A stretch of DNA of 64,000 nt. Origin: Candidatus Bathyarchaeota archaeon. Its GTDB lineage: Archaea; Thermoproteota; Bathyarchaeia; Hecatellales; Hecatellaceae. Below the pieces are notes generated by a model that was given only the letters and a program-made list of their open reading frames with translations, was not told the origin of the DNA and searched no databases. A program made the translations under genes and the position numbers. Location of the stretch: positions 64,001-128,000 of the forward strand of contig JBQPWD010000003.1 of NCBI GenBank assembly GCA_052246995.1, in the 5' to 3' direction. Position 1 is the first letter of the stretch; each line of letters starts with the position of its first letter. This document shows, piece after piece, positions 1 to 10,177 of the stretch.

Positions 1-2
1 GG

Positions 3-1103
3 CTTATTGAGAAGAAGAGAACTGATGCTAGAAACCTCTTAAATTTTGAGGGCGCGGCTTTTCTTGTTGCTGCTGAGCTTGGTGTTTCTTTGAGTGGTGA
101 CATTAAAATTTCCAGGAGAATGAGAATCGGAAATCTTGTTTCAGGGCTTAATGATGTTACAGTTTATGGGCGGGTGCTGGCAATTAATCCTTTGCAAAAG
201 TTTAGAAGAAGTGACGAATCTCAAGGTGTTTTAAGGAGAATTCTTATTGGAGATGAAACTGGAACTGTTGAAGTTTATGCTTGGAATGGTAAGGTTAAAG
301 AGTTAGAGGAGCAGGAAGTTAAAGTTAACAGTATAATTAAGGTTGAGCATGCCTACTCTAGGCTTTCTATAGATGGTAAGGTTGAACTTCATGTAGGAGA
401 AAGAGGTAGAATAACCTTAGAATCTCCTGAAATTGTCGAAACCGAAATTCCTGAGTATGAGGAGTTTTTTAGTAAAATTTCAGACATGAAAAGCGGTTTA
501 AAAGATTTCAACTTTAAAGGTGTAGTTGTAAATATTTTTCCTGTTAAAGTTTTTAAAAGAGCTACTGGTGAGGGAAAGGTTCAAAGAGCTAAGGTTAAGG
601 ATGAAACTGGAGAAGTTAATGTTGTTTTCTGGAATAGTAAAGTTGACGAAATCAAGGATGTTAAAATTGGAGATAAACTTGAAATTTTTGGTAGCAAAAT
701 TAAAGAAAACATGTTTGGAGGTTTAGAGGCGCATCTAAACAAACGTTCAAGAGTTAAAGTTATACCTTCAACAGAGGAGATTAAAGAAAAAGTTTTAAAA
801 ATTGGTGAAATTCAACCGGATATTAGAGGTTTAACGGTTGAAGGTGTAATTGAAGATAGTTTTGGAGTTAGGGATGTAACCTTAAAAGATGGTAGCAAAG
901 TTAAGGTTTACGAGTTTTTATTGAAGGATGAAACTGGAGAAATTAAGGTTTCAGCCTGGCGTGATCATGCAGAAATACTTTCAAAGCTTCCATTAGGTTT
1001 AAAGCTTAAACTTAAAAATGTTTCCTCAAAACAAGGATTTAAAGGTGGAGTTGAGTTAGCAACAACAAGCCAAACAACCATTGAAGTTATAGCCCAAGCT
1101 TAA
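3..1103 (+). CDS. rpa: Replication protein A / ssDNA-binding protein with three OB folds (5'-truncated by the window edge)
   Basis: Three OB-fold repeats with 'DETG' motifs (GDETGTVEV, KDETGEVNV, KDETGEIKV). The frame is open from base 3 (LIEKKRTDARNLLNFEGAAFLVAAELGV), so the true start lies upstream of the window rather than at 90. Confidence 0.85.
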   Translation, partial: LIEKKRTDARNLLNFEGAAFLVAAELGVSLSGDIKISRRMRIGNLVSGLNDVTVYGRVLAINPLQKFRRSDESQGVLRRILIGDETGTVEVYAWNGKVKELEEQEVKVNSIIKVEHAYSRLSIDGKVELHVGERGRITLESPEIVETEIPEYEEFFSKISDMKSGLKDFNFKGVVVNIFPVKVFKRATGEGKVQRAKVKDETGEVNVVFWNSKVDEIKDVKIGDKLEIFGSKIKENMFGGLEAHLNKRSRVKVIPSTEEIKEKVLKIGEIQPDIRGLTVEGVIEDSFGVRDVTLKDGSKVKVYEFLLKDETGEIKVSAWRDHAEILSKLPLGLKLKLKNVSSKQGFKGGVELATTSQTTIEVIAQA

Positions 1104-1108
1104 AATTT

Positions 1109-2644
1109 ATGTTAAACATGACTGACATAGTCCTAGTTTTTGAAGTTCATCAACCATTCAGAATAAGAAGAGACTTTTTTTGGGAACATAAATTCTTTAA
1201 AAAAACTGATAACAAAAAACTTTTTGAACATTATTTTGATACAAGTTTTGATAGAGATATCTTTAAACGTGTTAGTGAAAGATGTTATCTTCCGGCTAAC
1301 AACATCCTTCTAGACCTAATTGACAAGTTTAAGCATGAGAAAAGAAGGATAAAAGTATCCTTTAGCTTATCTGGAATTTTTCTTGAACAATGTGAACTTT
1401 TTAATAAAGATGTTTTAGAATCATTTAAACAGTTAGCTGAAACTGGGTGTGTTGAATTTTTAAGTCAAACTTACTATCATTCTCTTTGTAGTCTGTACCA
1501 GTCTATGGACGAATTTATTGAACAGGTTAAAATGCACAAGCAAGCTATAATAGATCTTCTTAACTTTGAGCCTAGAATTTTTGAAAATACCGAACTTTTA
1601 TACAATAATAGGATCGCGAAAGCTGTTGAAATGCTTAATTTTAAGGGTATCTATGCTGAGGGTGTGGATAGGCTTCTTAAAGGCTCTTCACCAAACTATG
1701 TTTACAGGGCTGCTGAATGTAAAAATTTAAAAGTTCTTTTAAGAAATTTTAGGCTTACTGACGATATCGGTTTTAGGTTTTCTATGAGAAGCTGGGACCA
1801 GTGGCCTTTAACAGCGGACAAGTATGCTTCATGGCTAGCTTCAACACCAGGTCAATGTATAAACATTTTCCCAGATTATGAAACGTTTGGGGAGCATCAC
1901 CGCCCTGAAACAGGTATTCATGATTTTTTACGTTTTCTTCCAGTCGAAATTTTAAAATGGAATCATTTAAATTTGGCTACCCCATCAGAAGTTTTAGCTA
2001 AGCATAAACCTAAAGGTTTTATAGATTTTAGGGATTTTAAAGGAGGTGTCTCATGGGCCGATTTAGAGAAGGATACAAGTGGTTGGCTTAGTAACTCTAT
2101 GCAGTTGGCATACTACACAACCATAAAAAATTTAGGTAAACTTGTTGAGGAATCACAAAACTTATTGTTCAAAAAAATATGGAGATTTTTTCAGGTAAGT
2201 GACTACCTATACTACATGTATGTTGGTGAGGGGCCTGCAAGCGAAGTTCACTCATATTTTAATCCCTATGGAAATCCGTTTAATGCTTATGTTACATGTC
2301 AAACTGCTATACTTGATTTTGAGGCTAAGCTAAGAAGCTATACCTTCGCCGCCGATGAACCTTTTAGGTTTTATGTTGATATTGGTGATGAAAATTTTAC
2401 TGGATTTGAAGTTTTAAGTTTAAAGGGTTTTATTCAAGCTTTACTTAAAGTTGACATCAAAAGTATAAAATTTCATGTTAAACGTGGAGACTTTGAAAAG
2501 TGGGCTAGATTTAGTTTACATGATTCTATTCTTGCTGAAAAGTTTAAACTTTTCAGCAAATGTAAGTTTGTGGGTGAGAAATTAAGATTAAAACTTTTAA
2601 GAGTATGTTTAACTCGGTTAAAGGAGCTATCTGAAAATTCTTAG
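1109..2644 (+). CDS. Glycoside hydrolase family 57 (alpha-amylase-like) with C-terminal DUF5752-like domain
   Basis: GH57 motifs EVHQP, QTYYHSL, ENTEL and DYETFGEH; C-terminal 'PFRFY...SL..F...L..VD..SI.FH..RGDF.KW' domain. Confidence 0.85.
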   Translation: MLNMTDIVLVFEVHQPFRIRRDFFWEHKFFKKTDNKKLFEHYFDTSFDRDIFKRVSERCYLPANNILLDLIDKFKHEKRRIKVSFSLSGIFLEQCELFNKDVLESFKQLAETGCVEFLSQTYYHSLCSLYQSMDEFIEQVKMHKQAIIDLLNFEPRIFENTELLYNNRIAKAVEMLNFKGIYAEGVDRLLKGSSPNYVYRAAECKNLKVLLRNFRLTDDIGFRFSMRSWDQWPLTADKYASWLASTPGQCINIFPDYETFGEHHRPETGIHDFLRFLPVEILKWNHLNLATPSEVLAKHKPKGFIDFRDFKGGVSWADLEKDTSGWLSNSMQLAYYTTIKNLGKLVEESQNLLFKKIWRFFQVSDYLYYMYVGEGPASEVHSYFNPYGNPFNAYVTCQTAILDFEAKLRSYTFAADEPFRFYVDIGDENFTGFEVLSLKGFIQALLKVDIKSIKFHVKRGDFEKWARFSLHDSILAEKFKLFSKCKFVGEKLRLKLLRVCLTRLKELSENS

Positions 2645-2695
2645 TAAGAAAGTAGTAATTTTGGTTTAAGAAAGAGGAAGAAATTTAACCTTAAC

Positions 2696-3859
2696 CTACT
2701 CCTCTTTCCACGGGTTTGGAGGCTTATACTTCTCAAGTTCATCAGTAATTATTTCTTTATGAAAGCTGGAATCTCCAAATGCGTACTCTGACGCCTTAAC
2801 ACGGCGGAAGTAGAGGCCTATATCATGCTCCATTGTAAATCCTATAGCGCCGTGAATTCTTATACCACTAATGCATACATATTGGTAAACCTCGTTTGCC
2901 TTAACTTTCGCCAATGATATACTAAGCTTGGAAGGAGAGCCTACGCTTATTTCCCAAGCAGCCTTATAAACCAGATGCCTCAATCCATCAACTTCACAAA
3001 GCATATCAGCAAGTTTATGCTGGATTGCTTGAAATGAGCCTATGGGCCTATCAAACTGAACTCTTTCCTTAGCATAATTATTAGACATTTCTAGTACAGC
3101 TTCAGCTGCTCCAAGCATCTCAGCGCATTTTAAAACTGCTCCCCTTTGAAGGATAAATTCTACAATTTCCCAACCTTTGTCAATTTGACCTAGAACGTTA
3201 TCTTTAGACACTTTAACTTTCTCAAATTTCACCTCACATTGCTTATCATGTGCTGCTGTAGGTATAACTTCAACCTTAATGTTAGGTTTTTTAGCATCCA
3301 CGATCAGTACTGTTATTCCTTTCTCAGGGTCTTTTTCTTCGCTAGTTCTAGCAGCAACCAAAAGGTAATCAGCTACATGAGCATAGGGAACAAAAATTTT
3401 TGTTCCCTCAAGAACATAGCTATCTCCTTCTAATCTTGCACTAAGCTTAATATTTGAAGCCTCATAAACGGGTAGGGGGGCCTCTGTTAGGGCTACAGTC
3501 CAAATTTTTTCCCCAGTGGCAATTTTTGGTAGGAATTTTTCTTTTTGTTGTTTTGTGCCATACTGTAAAATTGAAAGTGAACATAAGATTGTAGAGAGAA
3601 GCGGACTTGGAAGTATGTTTTTTCCAGCTTCTTCCATAAGAAGAGCAAGATCCATAAACTCTCCTCCAACACCTCCATACTCCTCTGGAAGCGTAATACC
3701 CATCCACCCTAATTCAGCCATTTTACGCCACATTTCAGGAGAATATCCTTTTTCATCCTCCTCTAAACTTCGAACTTTTTCTTTTGGGCATTCTTTCTTC
3801 AGAAATTCCCTAACAGATTTTCTGAAAATTTCCTGTTCCTCAGAATAGCCAAAATCCAT
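2696..3859 (-). CDS. Acyl-CoA dehydrogenase, FadE27-like partner subunit
   Basis: ACAD fold motifs (MAELGW.G..LPEEYGG, ERVQFDRPIGSFQAIQHKLAD, IHGAIGFT.EHD); lacks the C-terminal GT.EI motif. Confidence 0.9.
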   Translation of the reverse strand: MDFGYSEEQEIFRKSVREFLKKECPKEKVRSLEEDEKGYSPEMWRKMAELGWMGITLPEEYGGVGGEFMDLALLMEEAGKNILPSPLLSTILCSLSILQYGTKQQKEKFLPKIATGEKIWTVALTEAPLPVYEASNIKLSARLEGDSYVLEGTKIFVPYAHVADYLLVAARTSEEKDPEKGITVLIVDAKKPNIKVEVIPTAAHDKQCEVKFEKVKVSKDNVLGQIDKGWEIVEFILQRGAVLKCAEMLGAAEAVLEMSNNYAKERVQFDRPIGSFQAIQHKLADMLCEVDGLRHLVYKAAWEISVGSPSKLSISLAKVKANEVYQYVCISGIRIHGAIGFTMEHDIGLYFRRVKASEYAFGDSSFHKEIITDELEKYKPPNPWKEE

Positions 3860-3878
3860 TTTACTTCACCCCTCTCCT

Positions 3879-5090
3879 CTAATAAGATTTAGGTAATCCT
3901 AAACCAAACCTACCCACAATATTCTTTTCAATTTCATCTGTTCCGGCGGCAATAGATAAGCCTGGGAAAAGCCAGTAAAGGCTTTCTACGCATCCCCTCA
4001 ACTTAGCCCATTTTGAATCCCTTTGTAGGGGGTCCACTTGAGAGTAAGCTCCAAGAATTTCTGTTCCAGTAACAGCCAGTCTTTCAGCTACATAGTCATA
4101 GTATACTTTATCTCTTGATGGTTCATAAACCGGAATCATTCCTTTACCTATTTTCCAAGCTGTTTCATATACAATCATTCTTAAAGACTCGATCTCAACC
4201 TTTCTTTCAGCTAGCTTATGACGTATAACCGGATTCTTAATTAAACCTGTTTCCTTAGCATACTTAATCAACTCATCTAATATTCTTTTGCAATACCCAT
4301 AACCTGAGGCGCCAACACTTCCTCTTTCAAAAGCTAAAGAACCCATTAGAACATACCACCCTTTCCCCTCCTCTCCAACAAGATTTTCAGCAGGAACCCT
4401 AACATTGTCAAAGAAAACTTCGTTAAATATGTGATAACCGTTATAATTTAATAAAGGATTAACGGTAACCCCTGGACTTTTCATGTCAACAATCAAAATA
4501 CTTATACCCAAATGCTTTTTTGGAGGGTTGGGATCTGTTCGAGCTGCAAGCCAACACCATCTAGCTCTATGAGCAGCACTTGTCCATATTTTCTGCCCAT
4601 TAATCACATACTCATCTCCTTCTCTTATAGCCCTAGTTTGAATATTGGCGAAATCTGAGCCTGCGTTAGGTTCACTATACCCAGTACACCAAACTCCATC
4701 AGGTTCTCCTGAAGCTATAAGTGGAAGAAATTTCTCTTTCTGCTCTTTTGTACCTACTCTTATAAGGGTAGGTCCAACCCAATCTACACCACTAACCCCC
4801 ATTGATACGCCTGGAACACCCCAATAAGCCGCCTCCTCTCTGTAAACTGTGAATTCCCATATGGATGCACCTTTACCCCCGTACTCCTCAGGCCAATGCA
4901 TGGTTAACCATCCTTTTTTAGCAAGTTTCTTTGACATAGATAGTGCAAATTGCCAATCTTCATCTCTACTTTCCTCTTCTAATGCCGCCACCAACCAACC
5001 TTCTGGTAATTCTTCTCTTACAAATTCTCTAATTTCCTTCCTCAATTTTTCCTCCTTTTCACCAAACTTAAAATCCATTTTTTCCACCAT
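3879..5090 (-). CDS. Acyl-CoA dehydrogenase, FadE26-like catalytic subunit
   Basis: Motifs WPEEYGG, GYSEPNAGSD, INGQKIWTS, NEVFFDNVRVP, LAFERG and AAGTDEI. Confidence 0.9.
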   Translation of the reverse strand: MVEKMDFKFGEKEEKLRKEIREFVREELPEGWLVAALEEESRDEDWQFALSMSKKLAKKGWLTMHWPEEYGGKGASIWEFTVYREEAAYWGVPGVSMGVSGVDWVGPTLIRVGTKEQKEKFLPLIASGEPDGVWCTGYSEPNAGSDFANIQTRAIREGDEYVINGQKIWTSAAHRARWCWLAARTDPNPPKKHLGISILIVDMKSPGVTVNPLLNYNGYHIFNEVFFDNVRVPAENLVGEEGKGWYVLMGSLAFERGSVGASGYGYCKRILDELIKYAKETGLIKNPVIRHKLAERKVEIESLRMIVYETAWKIGKGMIPVYEPSRDKVYYDYVAERLAVTGTEILGAYSQVDPLQRDSKWAKLRGCVESLYWLFPGLSIAAGTDEIEKNIVGRFGLGLPKSY

Positions 5091-5244
5091 AAAGCTTATT
5101 TTACCTGTTATTGCTTCATTTAGTATAAATAATTCTAGTATTGGTATAAATTTTGGTGCTCGTCATTTATAATGGTTACTAGCTTAGGTAACTTAATTTT
5201 TAGTGAAAAAGCTTTTTCACGGTTTAAGGGCTTCCATTAATTAA

Positions 5245-5608
5245 ATGTGGAAGATTTTTAATCTGTTTAGTGACTTTATAGGCTTAAGGTTTATAAAGTT
5301 AAAGATGGTTTAACCTTTATGCATTAAAAATTGATAAGAAACTTTTAAATCTTTATAGCGTTATATGTGGTGGAGTAAATGTACTCCTTAGCTGGTACTG
5401 GCGTGGATAATGAAATTTATATGCCTATTGAGGTTTAAACAAGCTACTTCTCATCTGTTTTTTTCAGGGAAAATTCCCCTGCAAAGGCAAACTTGTTCAT
5501 AGACAAGAAAAAAATAGTCTTCTTAGAGTCTGAAGTTTTTCTGAAGATGGAAAACTTGTTACTAACGCTGCTGAAGTCTTCTACGTTTTTAAAGCTAAAA
5601 ATAGTTAA
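5245..5608 (+). pseudogene. Degraded PaaI-family hotdog thioesterase pseudogene
   Basis: Fragments across frames read FNLFSDFIGLRF / LKIDKKLLNLYSVICGGV / MYSLAGTGV / IEV*TSYF / CKGKLVHR / KKIVFLESEVF / EDGKLVTNAAEVFYVF. These are collinear with the PaaI pattern N...HGG..YSLADT...EGKLVA, with several frameshifts and a stop. Confidence 0.7.
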
Positions 5609-5610
5609 AT

Positions 5611-6321
5611 TTAGCTTTTAGCTAAAATTACTCTTGCATCTACAACTTTTGCACCTTTCTCGTACACAAGTATAGGGTTTAGATCCATTTCGCTTATCTC
5701 AGGATGATTCATAGCCATGTCAGAAACATTAAGTAATATTTTAACTATTGCGTCTATATCCGCTGGAGGAAGATTTCTATATCCCTTCAAAATCGGATAA
5801 CCTTTTATTTCTGAAATCATTTCTTTAGCATCAAGCTCTGTTATTGGACAAACCCTGAATGAAACATCTTTAAGAATTTCAACAAAAACTCCCCCAAGAC
5901 CAAACATAACTGTTGGTCCAAATTGTTGATCTTTGATAAGACCAACAATTACTTCTGTTGATGGTTGAGCCATTTCTTGAACAATAACCCCAACAATTTT
6001 TGCTTCAGGTTTACGTTTTTTAACGTTTGAAATTATTTTTGAGTAGGCTTCTTTAACCTTTTCATCGCTGTCAATGTTTAAAATCACTCCACCAACATCA
6101 GACTTATGTACGATATCCGGTGAAACAATCTTTAAAACTACGGGGTAACCTATCTCTTTGGCATATTTTACAGCTTCATCTTCATTTTTAGCAACCCTCA
6201 CCTCGGTTGTAGGTATGTTATAAACTTTGCATAAAGCTTTAGCTTCATCTTCCATTAGGAAGTTTCTACCTTCATTTAGGGCTTTTTGAATAATTTCGAA
6301 ACCCCTCTTATCTTCAACCAT
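5611..6321 (-). CDS. acdB: ADP-forming acetate/acyl-CoA ligase beta subunit (ATP-grasp)
   Basis: GYPVVLKIVSPDIVHKSDVGGV, FGPTVMFGLGGVFVEILKDVSFR, EMDLNPI...VDAR. Confidence 0.93.
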   Translation of the reverse strand: MVEDKRGFEIIQKALNEGRNFLMEDEAKALCKVYNIPTTEVRVAKNEDEAVKYAKEIGYPVVLKIVSPDIVHKSDVGGVILNIDSDEKVKEAYSKIISNVKKRKPEAKIVGVIVQEMAQPSTEVIVGLIKDQQFGPTVMFGLGGVFVEILKDVSFRVCPITELDAKEMISEIKGYPILKGYRNLPPADIDAIVKILLNVSDMAMNHPEISEMDLNPILVYEKGAKVVDARVILAKS

Positions 6322-6747
6322 CTTTTAATCCTCCTTAACCTCGAAAGGTAGACTACTTTTAAGTTATGGTTTTGCAAACTACAATATATAATTTTCCTAG
6401 TAAACTTAACAAAATAAATTTAGGTTTAAGAAGTTTACCAACTACAAGTAATAGTGACTTATGTTTTCCCATTAAAAATAAACCAAAAATTTATGGGGGT
6501 TATTTGGTGTACCTAATTTTCTGAAAAAGCTAGCTTTACTACTGCAAACCTTTAAGCTATAAGAATGATAAAATTTGCTTTACAATTTTCGGGTTAGCGC
6601 AAAGTTTTAAGTGAATGTACAAGAAGTCAATGTATTTGTTTATGGTTGTTATTCAAGATTTTTCTGGTCTGAAACAGCTTCTTTAGTCGGTTAATGCGTC
6701 ATTAGAAGTTTCAGCTGGTTTAAAGGCAATGTAGAATTTGATGAAGT

Positions 6748-7557
6748 TTAAACTTGCTTTTGAGTTTCCCTTTCTCTTCTTCTTCGTTCAAGAAATTTTT
6801 CTATATACTTTAGCTGGTTTTCAGTCTTAAGGCATAAGGTTTGAATATCCGCTGAATAGTTTATGAGAGTTATAAGGTCAATCTCTAAAGCCTTATTCAG
6901 TATACTTTTAGCCATGCCTATTGCTATTGGGCTGTTTTCCAGAAGCTTCTTAGCTAAATTTATTGTTTCTTCTTCAAGCTTATCTTCAGGCACAACTTTA
7001 TTGACTAAGCCTATTTTTTCAGCTTCTTCAGCATCAATAAGCTGTCCTGTTAGAACAAGCTCCTTAGCTTTTCCAAGGCCAACAATCCTTGGAAGTCTTT
7101 GCGCGCCGCCCATATCTGGTATAAGCCCAAAACTAACCTCTGGAAGACCTAGCTTAGTATTCTTTGATGCAATTCTCATATCGCATGCTAAAGCTAACTC
7201 TAATCCTGCACCTAAAGCAACACCGTGAAGTGCTGCTATACTAGGCTTACTCATATTTTCAAAGAGAAGAAGCGCATCATTAATTCTTCTTATATCTCTT
7301 CGAACTTTCTCGGCGCTAACCTCCTTAAACGCTTGACCAAATGCTTTTAAATCTGTTCCTGAAGAAAATGCTCTTCCAGCACCTTTAAGTATGACAACCT
7401 TAACATCTTCATCCTCAATCATCAACTTAACAGCTTCAGAAAATTCTTCAAGAAGTTCTTGGTTGATGGCATTTAAAACTTGAGGTCTGTTTAAGATGAT
7501 TTTTCCTATACCCCCATCTTTTTCAAGAAGAATATTCTTAAAGGCTTTACTTTCCAC
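6748..7557 (-). CDS. Enoyl-CoA hydratase/isomerase (crotonase family)
   Basis: LNRPQVLNA, AFSSGTDL, GAGLELALACD, PEVSFGLIPD. Confidence 0.9.
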   Translation of the reverse strand: MESKAFKNILLEKDGGIGKIILNRPQVLNAINQELLEEFSEAVKLMIEDEDVKVVILKGAGRAFSSGTDLKAFGQAFKEVSAEKVRRDIRRINDALLLFENMSKPSIAALHGVALGAGLELALACDMRIASKNTKLGLPEVSFGLIPDMGGAQRLPRIVGLGKAKELVLTGQLIDAEEAEKIGLVNKVVPEDKLEEETINLAKKLLENSPIAIGMAKSILNKALEIDLITLINYSADIQTLCLKTENQLKYIEKFLERRRRERETQKQV

Positions 7558-7841
7558 TTTTAAATCACCAGTTAAATGGTAACACAGTAATTACACTTAA
7601 TGTTTTATTGTAGGTCACATTGATTTTAAATTTTTCTTGGATGGTGAAGAGACACAAGTAAACTTTAAAAGCATTGGCTTCTTAAGCCAATTTTTCTTAT
7701 TTTTTAAACTTTCTATCACATAACCCCTTATTGGCACGTCTTCATGTTGTTTGCAGAAGTGTTAATGCTTTTAACGGTGAAATATAAAAATAAGTTTCAT
7801 ATGAAAGTATATAGAAAACGTAGAACAAGGTTTCAGCATGG

Positions 7842-8186
7842 ATGTCTGAAGAACGGATTATTATAACAACAATGGAAAAAATACCGAACGCAGAGGTTAG
7901 TGAAGTTTTAGGTGTTGTTTGGGGTTCAAGCATTAGAGCTAAACATTTAGGTAATAATATCGTTATGGCTTTGAAGAAAATTGTTGGAGGTGAGCTTGGA
8001 GCTTATACTCAAATGCTTGAAGAGGCAAGAAGAGAAGCAGTTTCAAGGATGGTTTCTCAGGCAAAGAAGCTTGGTGCTGATGCTGTTGTGGGGTTTAGGT
8101 TTTCGACCTCAATGGTTACAACAGGTGCCGCTGAAATTATTGCTTATGGAACTGCCGTAAAACTTAAAAGTCGTTTTACTCTCTAA
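7842..8186 (+). CDS. YbjQ/UPF0145 family protein
   Basis: IVGGELGAYTQML..AR.EA..RM...A..LGADAVVG.RF, IIAYGTAV. Confidence 0.9.
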   Translation: MSEERIIITTMEKIPNAEVSEVLGVVWGSSIRAKHLGNNIVMALKKIVGGELGAYTQMLEEARREAVSRMVSQAKKLGADAVVGFRFSTSMVTTGAAEIIAYGTAVKLKSRFTL

Positions 8187-8317
8187 CCACCGTTAACTAT
8201 TTATAAGATTTTATGCTTACTACCGCAATAGAACCACCTTTTTGTTTTCTCTCCTTTTTCAAAAACCTGTTGAAAGCTATTAGGGTGAAACTTTTTGCAG
8301 AGATATTTTGGTTTATT

Positions 8318-8331
8318 CGAAAAGCTTAAAT
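8318..8331 (+). promoter_or_regulatory. Putative BRE-TATA promoter of the thermosome operon
   Basis: CGAAAAG followed by CTTAAAT about 125 nt upstream of the start; AGGAGG RBS at about 8438-8443. Confidence 0.4.
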
Positions 8332-8453
8332 CTAGCTTTATTATTTAAGATTTCAGAATTAACCTAAGCTGTTGTTGTCGCTGGGTAAAGTTTAGGTTTT
8401 AACTTTTAGAGAGAATTAAAAATTTGGAAAAGTTTTTAGGAGGTTGATGAAAT

Positions 8454-10139
8454 ATGGCTACAACAGCTCAAGCTATACCCGCCGTAACCGAGTCAGGACA
8501 GCCTATCCTCATTCTTAAGGAAGGGACAACACAAACTAGGGGTAGGGAAGCGCAAAGAAACAACATCATGGCAGCTAAAGTTATAGCCGAAATGGTTAGA
8601 ACCAGTCTTGGTCCACGTGGAATGGATAAAATGCTTATCTCAAGTTTTGGTGATGCAACAATAACAAACGACGGTGCAACAATTTTAAAAGAAATGGATA
8701 TTCAGCACCCGGCAGCCAAAATGATGGTTGAAGTTGCAAAAGCTACAGACCATGAGGTAGGTGATGGAACAACAACGGTTGTTATTCTTGCAGGAGCATT
8801 GCTTGAAAGAGCTGAAACTCTCATCAGTAAGAATATTCACCCAACAATCATAGTTGATGGTTTCAATAAGGCTGCTGAAAAAGCTCTGGAAATTGCAAAT
8901 AAAATCGCAATCGAGGTTAACCCAAAGGATAGGGAGATTCCTAAAAAGGTTGCAATGACAGCTATGGCAAGTAAGATGGTGTCAGAGAATAGAGAGTTTC
9001 TTGCAAACTTAGCTGTTGACGCAATTCTACAAGTTATTCAAGAGGTTGATGGAAAATATAAGGTTGAGATAGATGACATCAAGGTTGAAAAGAAGGCTGG
9101 GGCATCAATAACGGATACAAAGCTTGTTAAGGGGGTAGCCCTAGATAAGGAGGTTGTTCACCCAGGAATGCCTAAAATTGTAAGAAACGCCAAAATAGCT
9201 TTGCTTGACTGTCCACTTGAAATAGAAAAAACCGAAATTGATGCAAAAATAAACATTGAAACACCAGAACAGATGAAGGCTTTTCTTGATGAGGAGACTA
9301 AGATGCTTAGGGAGATGGTTGAGAAGGTTAAGAATGCTGGTGCTAATGTTTTATTCTGCCAGAAAGGTATAGATGACATGGCTCAACACTTCCTAGCTAA
9401 AGCAGGAATACTAGCAGTCAGAAGAGTTAAGCAATCTGACATGGAAAAACTTGCTAAGGCTACAGGTGGAAGAATAGTTACAAACCTTGACATGCTAACT
9501 TCAGATGACCTTGGATATGCTGAGCTTGTAGAAGAAAGAAAACTTGGAGAAGATAAGTGGACCTTTGTTGAAGGATGCAAAAATCCAAGGTCATTAACCA
9601 TACTCATACGTGGCGGTAACGATAGAGTTGTAGATGAGGCTGAAAGAAGCCTTCATGACGCTATATGCGTAATCAGAAATGTTATTCACAAACCCAAGGT
9701 TGTTGCCGGTGGTGGAGCGCTTGAAGCTGAGATTGCTCTCCAGCTTAAAAACTGGGCTCAATCGCTTTCAGGTAGAGAACAGCTTGCAGCTTTAGAGTTT
9801 GCTGAAGCATTAGAAACAATACCTTTAACCTTGGCTGAAAATGCTGGGCTTGACACTATAGATATCCAGGTTGAGCTCAGGGCTAGACATGAAAAGGGTG
9901 AAAAATGGGCTGGTGTGGATGTTTTCGAAGGCAAAGTTAAAGATATGCGTAAAATTGACGTTTACGAACCACTACTTGTTAAAGAACAGGTAATAAAGTC
10001 CGCAGTTGAAGCTGCATCAATGATACTTAGAATAGACGACGTAATAGCAGCTTCAAGAATGAAAGAAACAACTCCCCCAAGTAAAACTGGAGCTGGGGCC
10101 GGAGAAGAAGAGGAGAAATCATCATCCGAGCTTGATTAG
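8454..10139 (+). CDS. thsA: Thermosome (group II chaperonin) subunit 1; alpha/beta labelling by order only
   Basis: [30 protein letters not shown] motifs. Confidence 0.95.
   Translation: MATTAQAIPAVTESGQPILILKEGTTQTRGREAQRNNIMAAKVIAEMVRTSLGPRGMDKMLISSFGDATITNDGATILKEMDIQHPAAKMMVEVAKATDHEVGDGTTTVVILAGALLERAETLISKNIHPTIIVDGFNKAAEKALEIANKIAIEVNPKDREIPKKVAMTAMASKMVSENREFLANLAVDAILQVIQEVDGKYKVEIDDIKVEKKAGASITDTKLVKGVALDKEVVHPGMPKIVRNAKIALLDCPLEIEKTEIDAKINIETPEQMKAFLDEETKMLREMVEKVKNAGANVLFCQKGIDDMAQHFLAKAGILAVRRVKQSDMEKLAKATGGRIVTNLDMLTSDDLGYAELVEERKLGEDKWTFVEGCKNPRSLTILIRGGNDRVVDEAERSLHDAICVIRNVIHKPKVVAGGGALEAEIALQLKNWAQSLSGREQLAALEFAEALETIPLTLAENAGLDTIDIQVELRARHEKGEKWAGVDVFEGKVKDMRKIDVYEPLLVKEQVIKSAVEAASMILRIDDVIAASRMKETTPPSKTGAGAGEEEEKSSSELD
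9144..9490 (+). repeat. Near-identical direct repeat shared by the thermosome paralogs, copy 1 (copy 2 at 10835..11181)
   Basis: 9144-9238 vs 10835-10929 show one mismatch and 9270-9430 vs 10961-11121 are identical by eye, including synonymous sites. Confidence 0.9.
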
Positions 10140-10177
10140 AAAAGAAGTTTTGCTTAATTAATGTGAGGTGAAAAGAT

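Noticed and set aside
5481-5510. GCAAAGGCAAACTTGT...ACAAG resembling the start of a c-di-GMP-I riboswitch
   Set aside because: No GNRA loop, no GACGCAAA and no second stem; better explained as part of the PaaI pseudogene (CKGKLVHR)
6430-6745. Unexplained intergenic stretch of about 300 bp, possibly a decayed gene
   Set aside because: The frames I translated are interrupted by stops and no family motif was recognised
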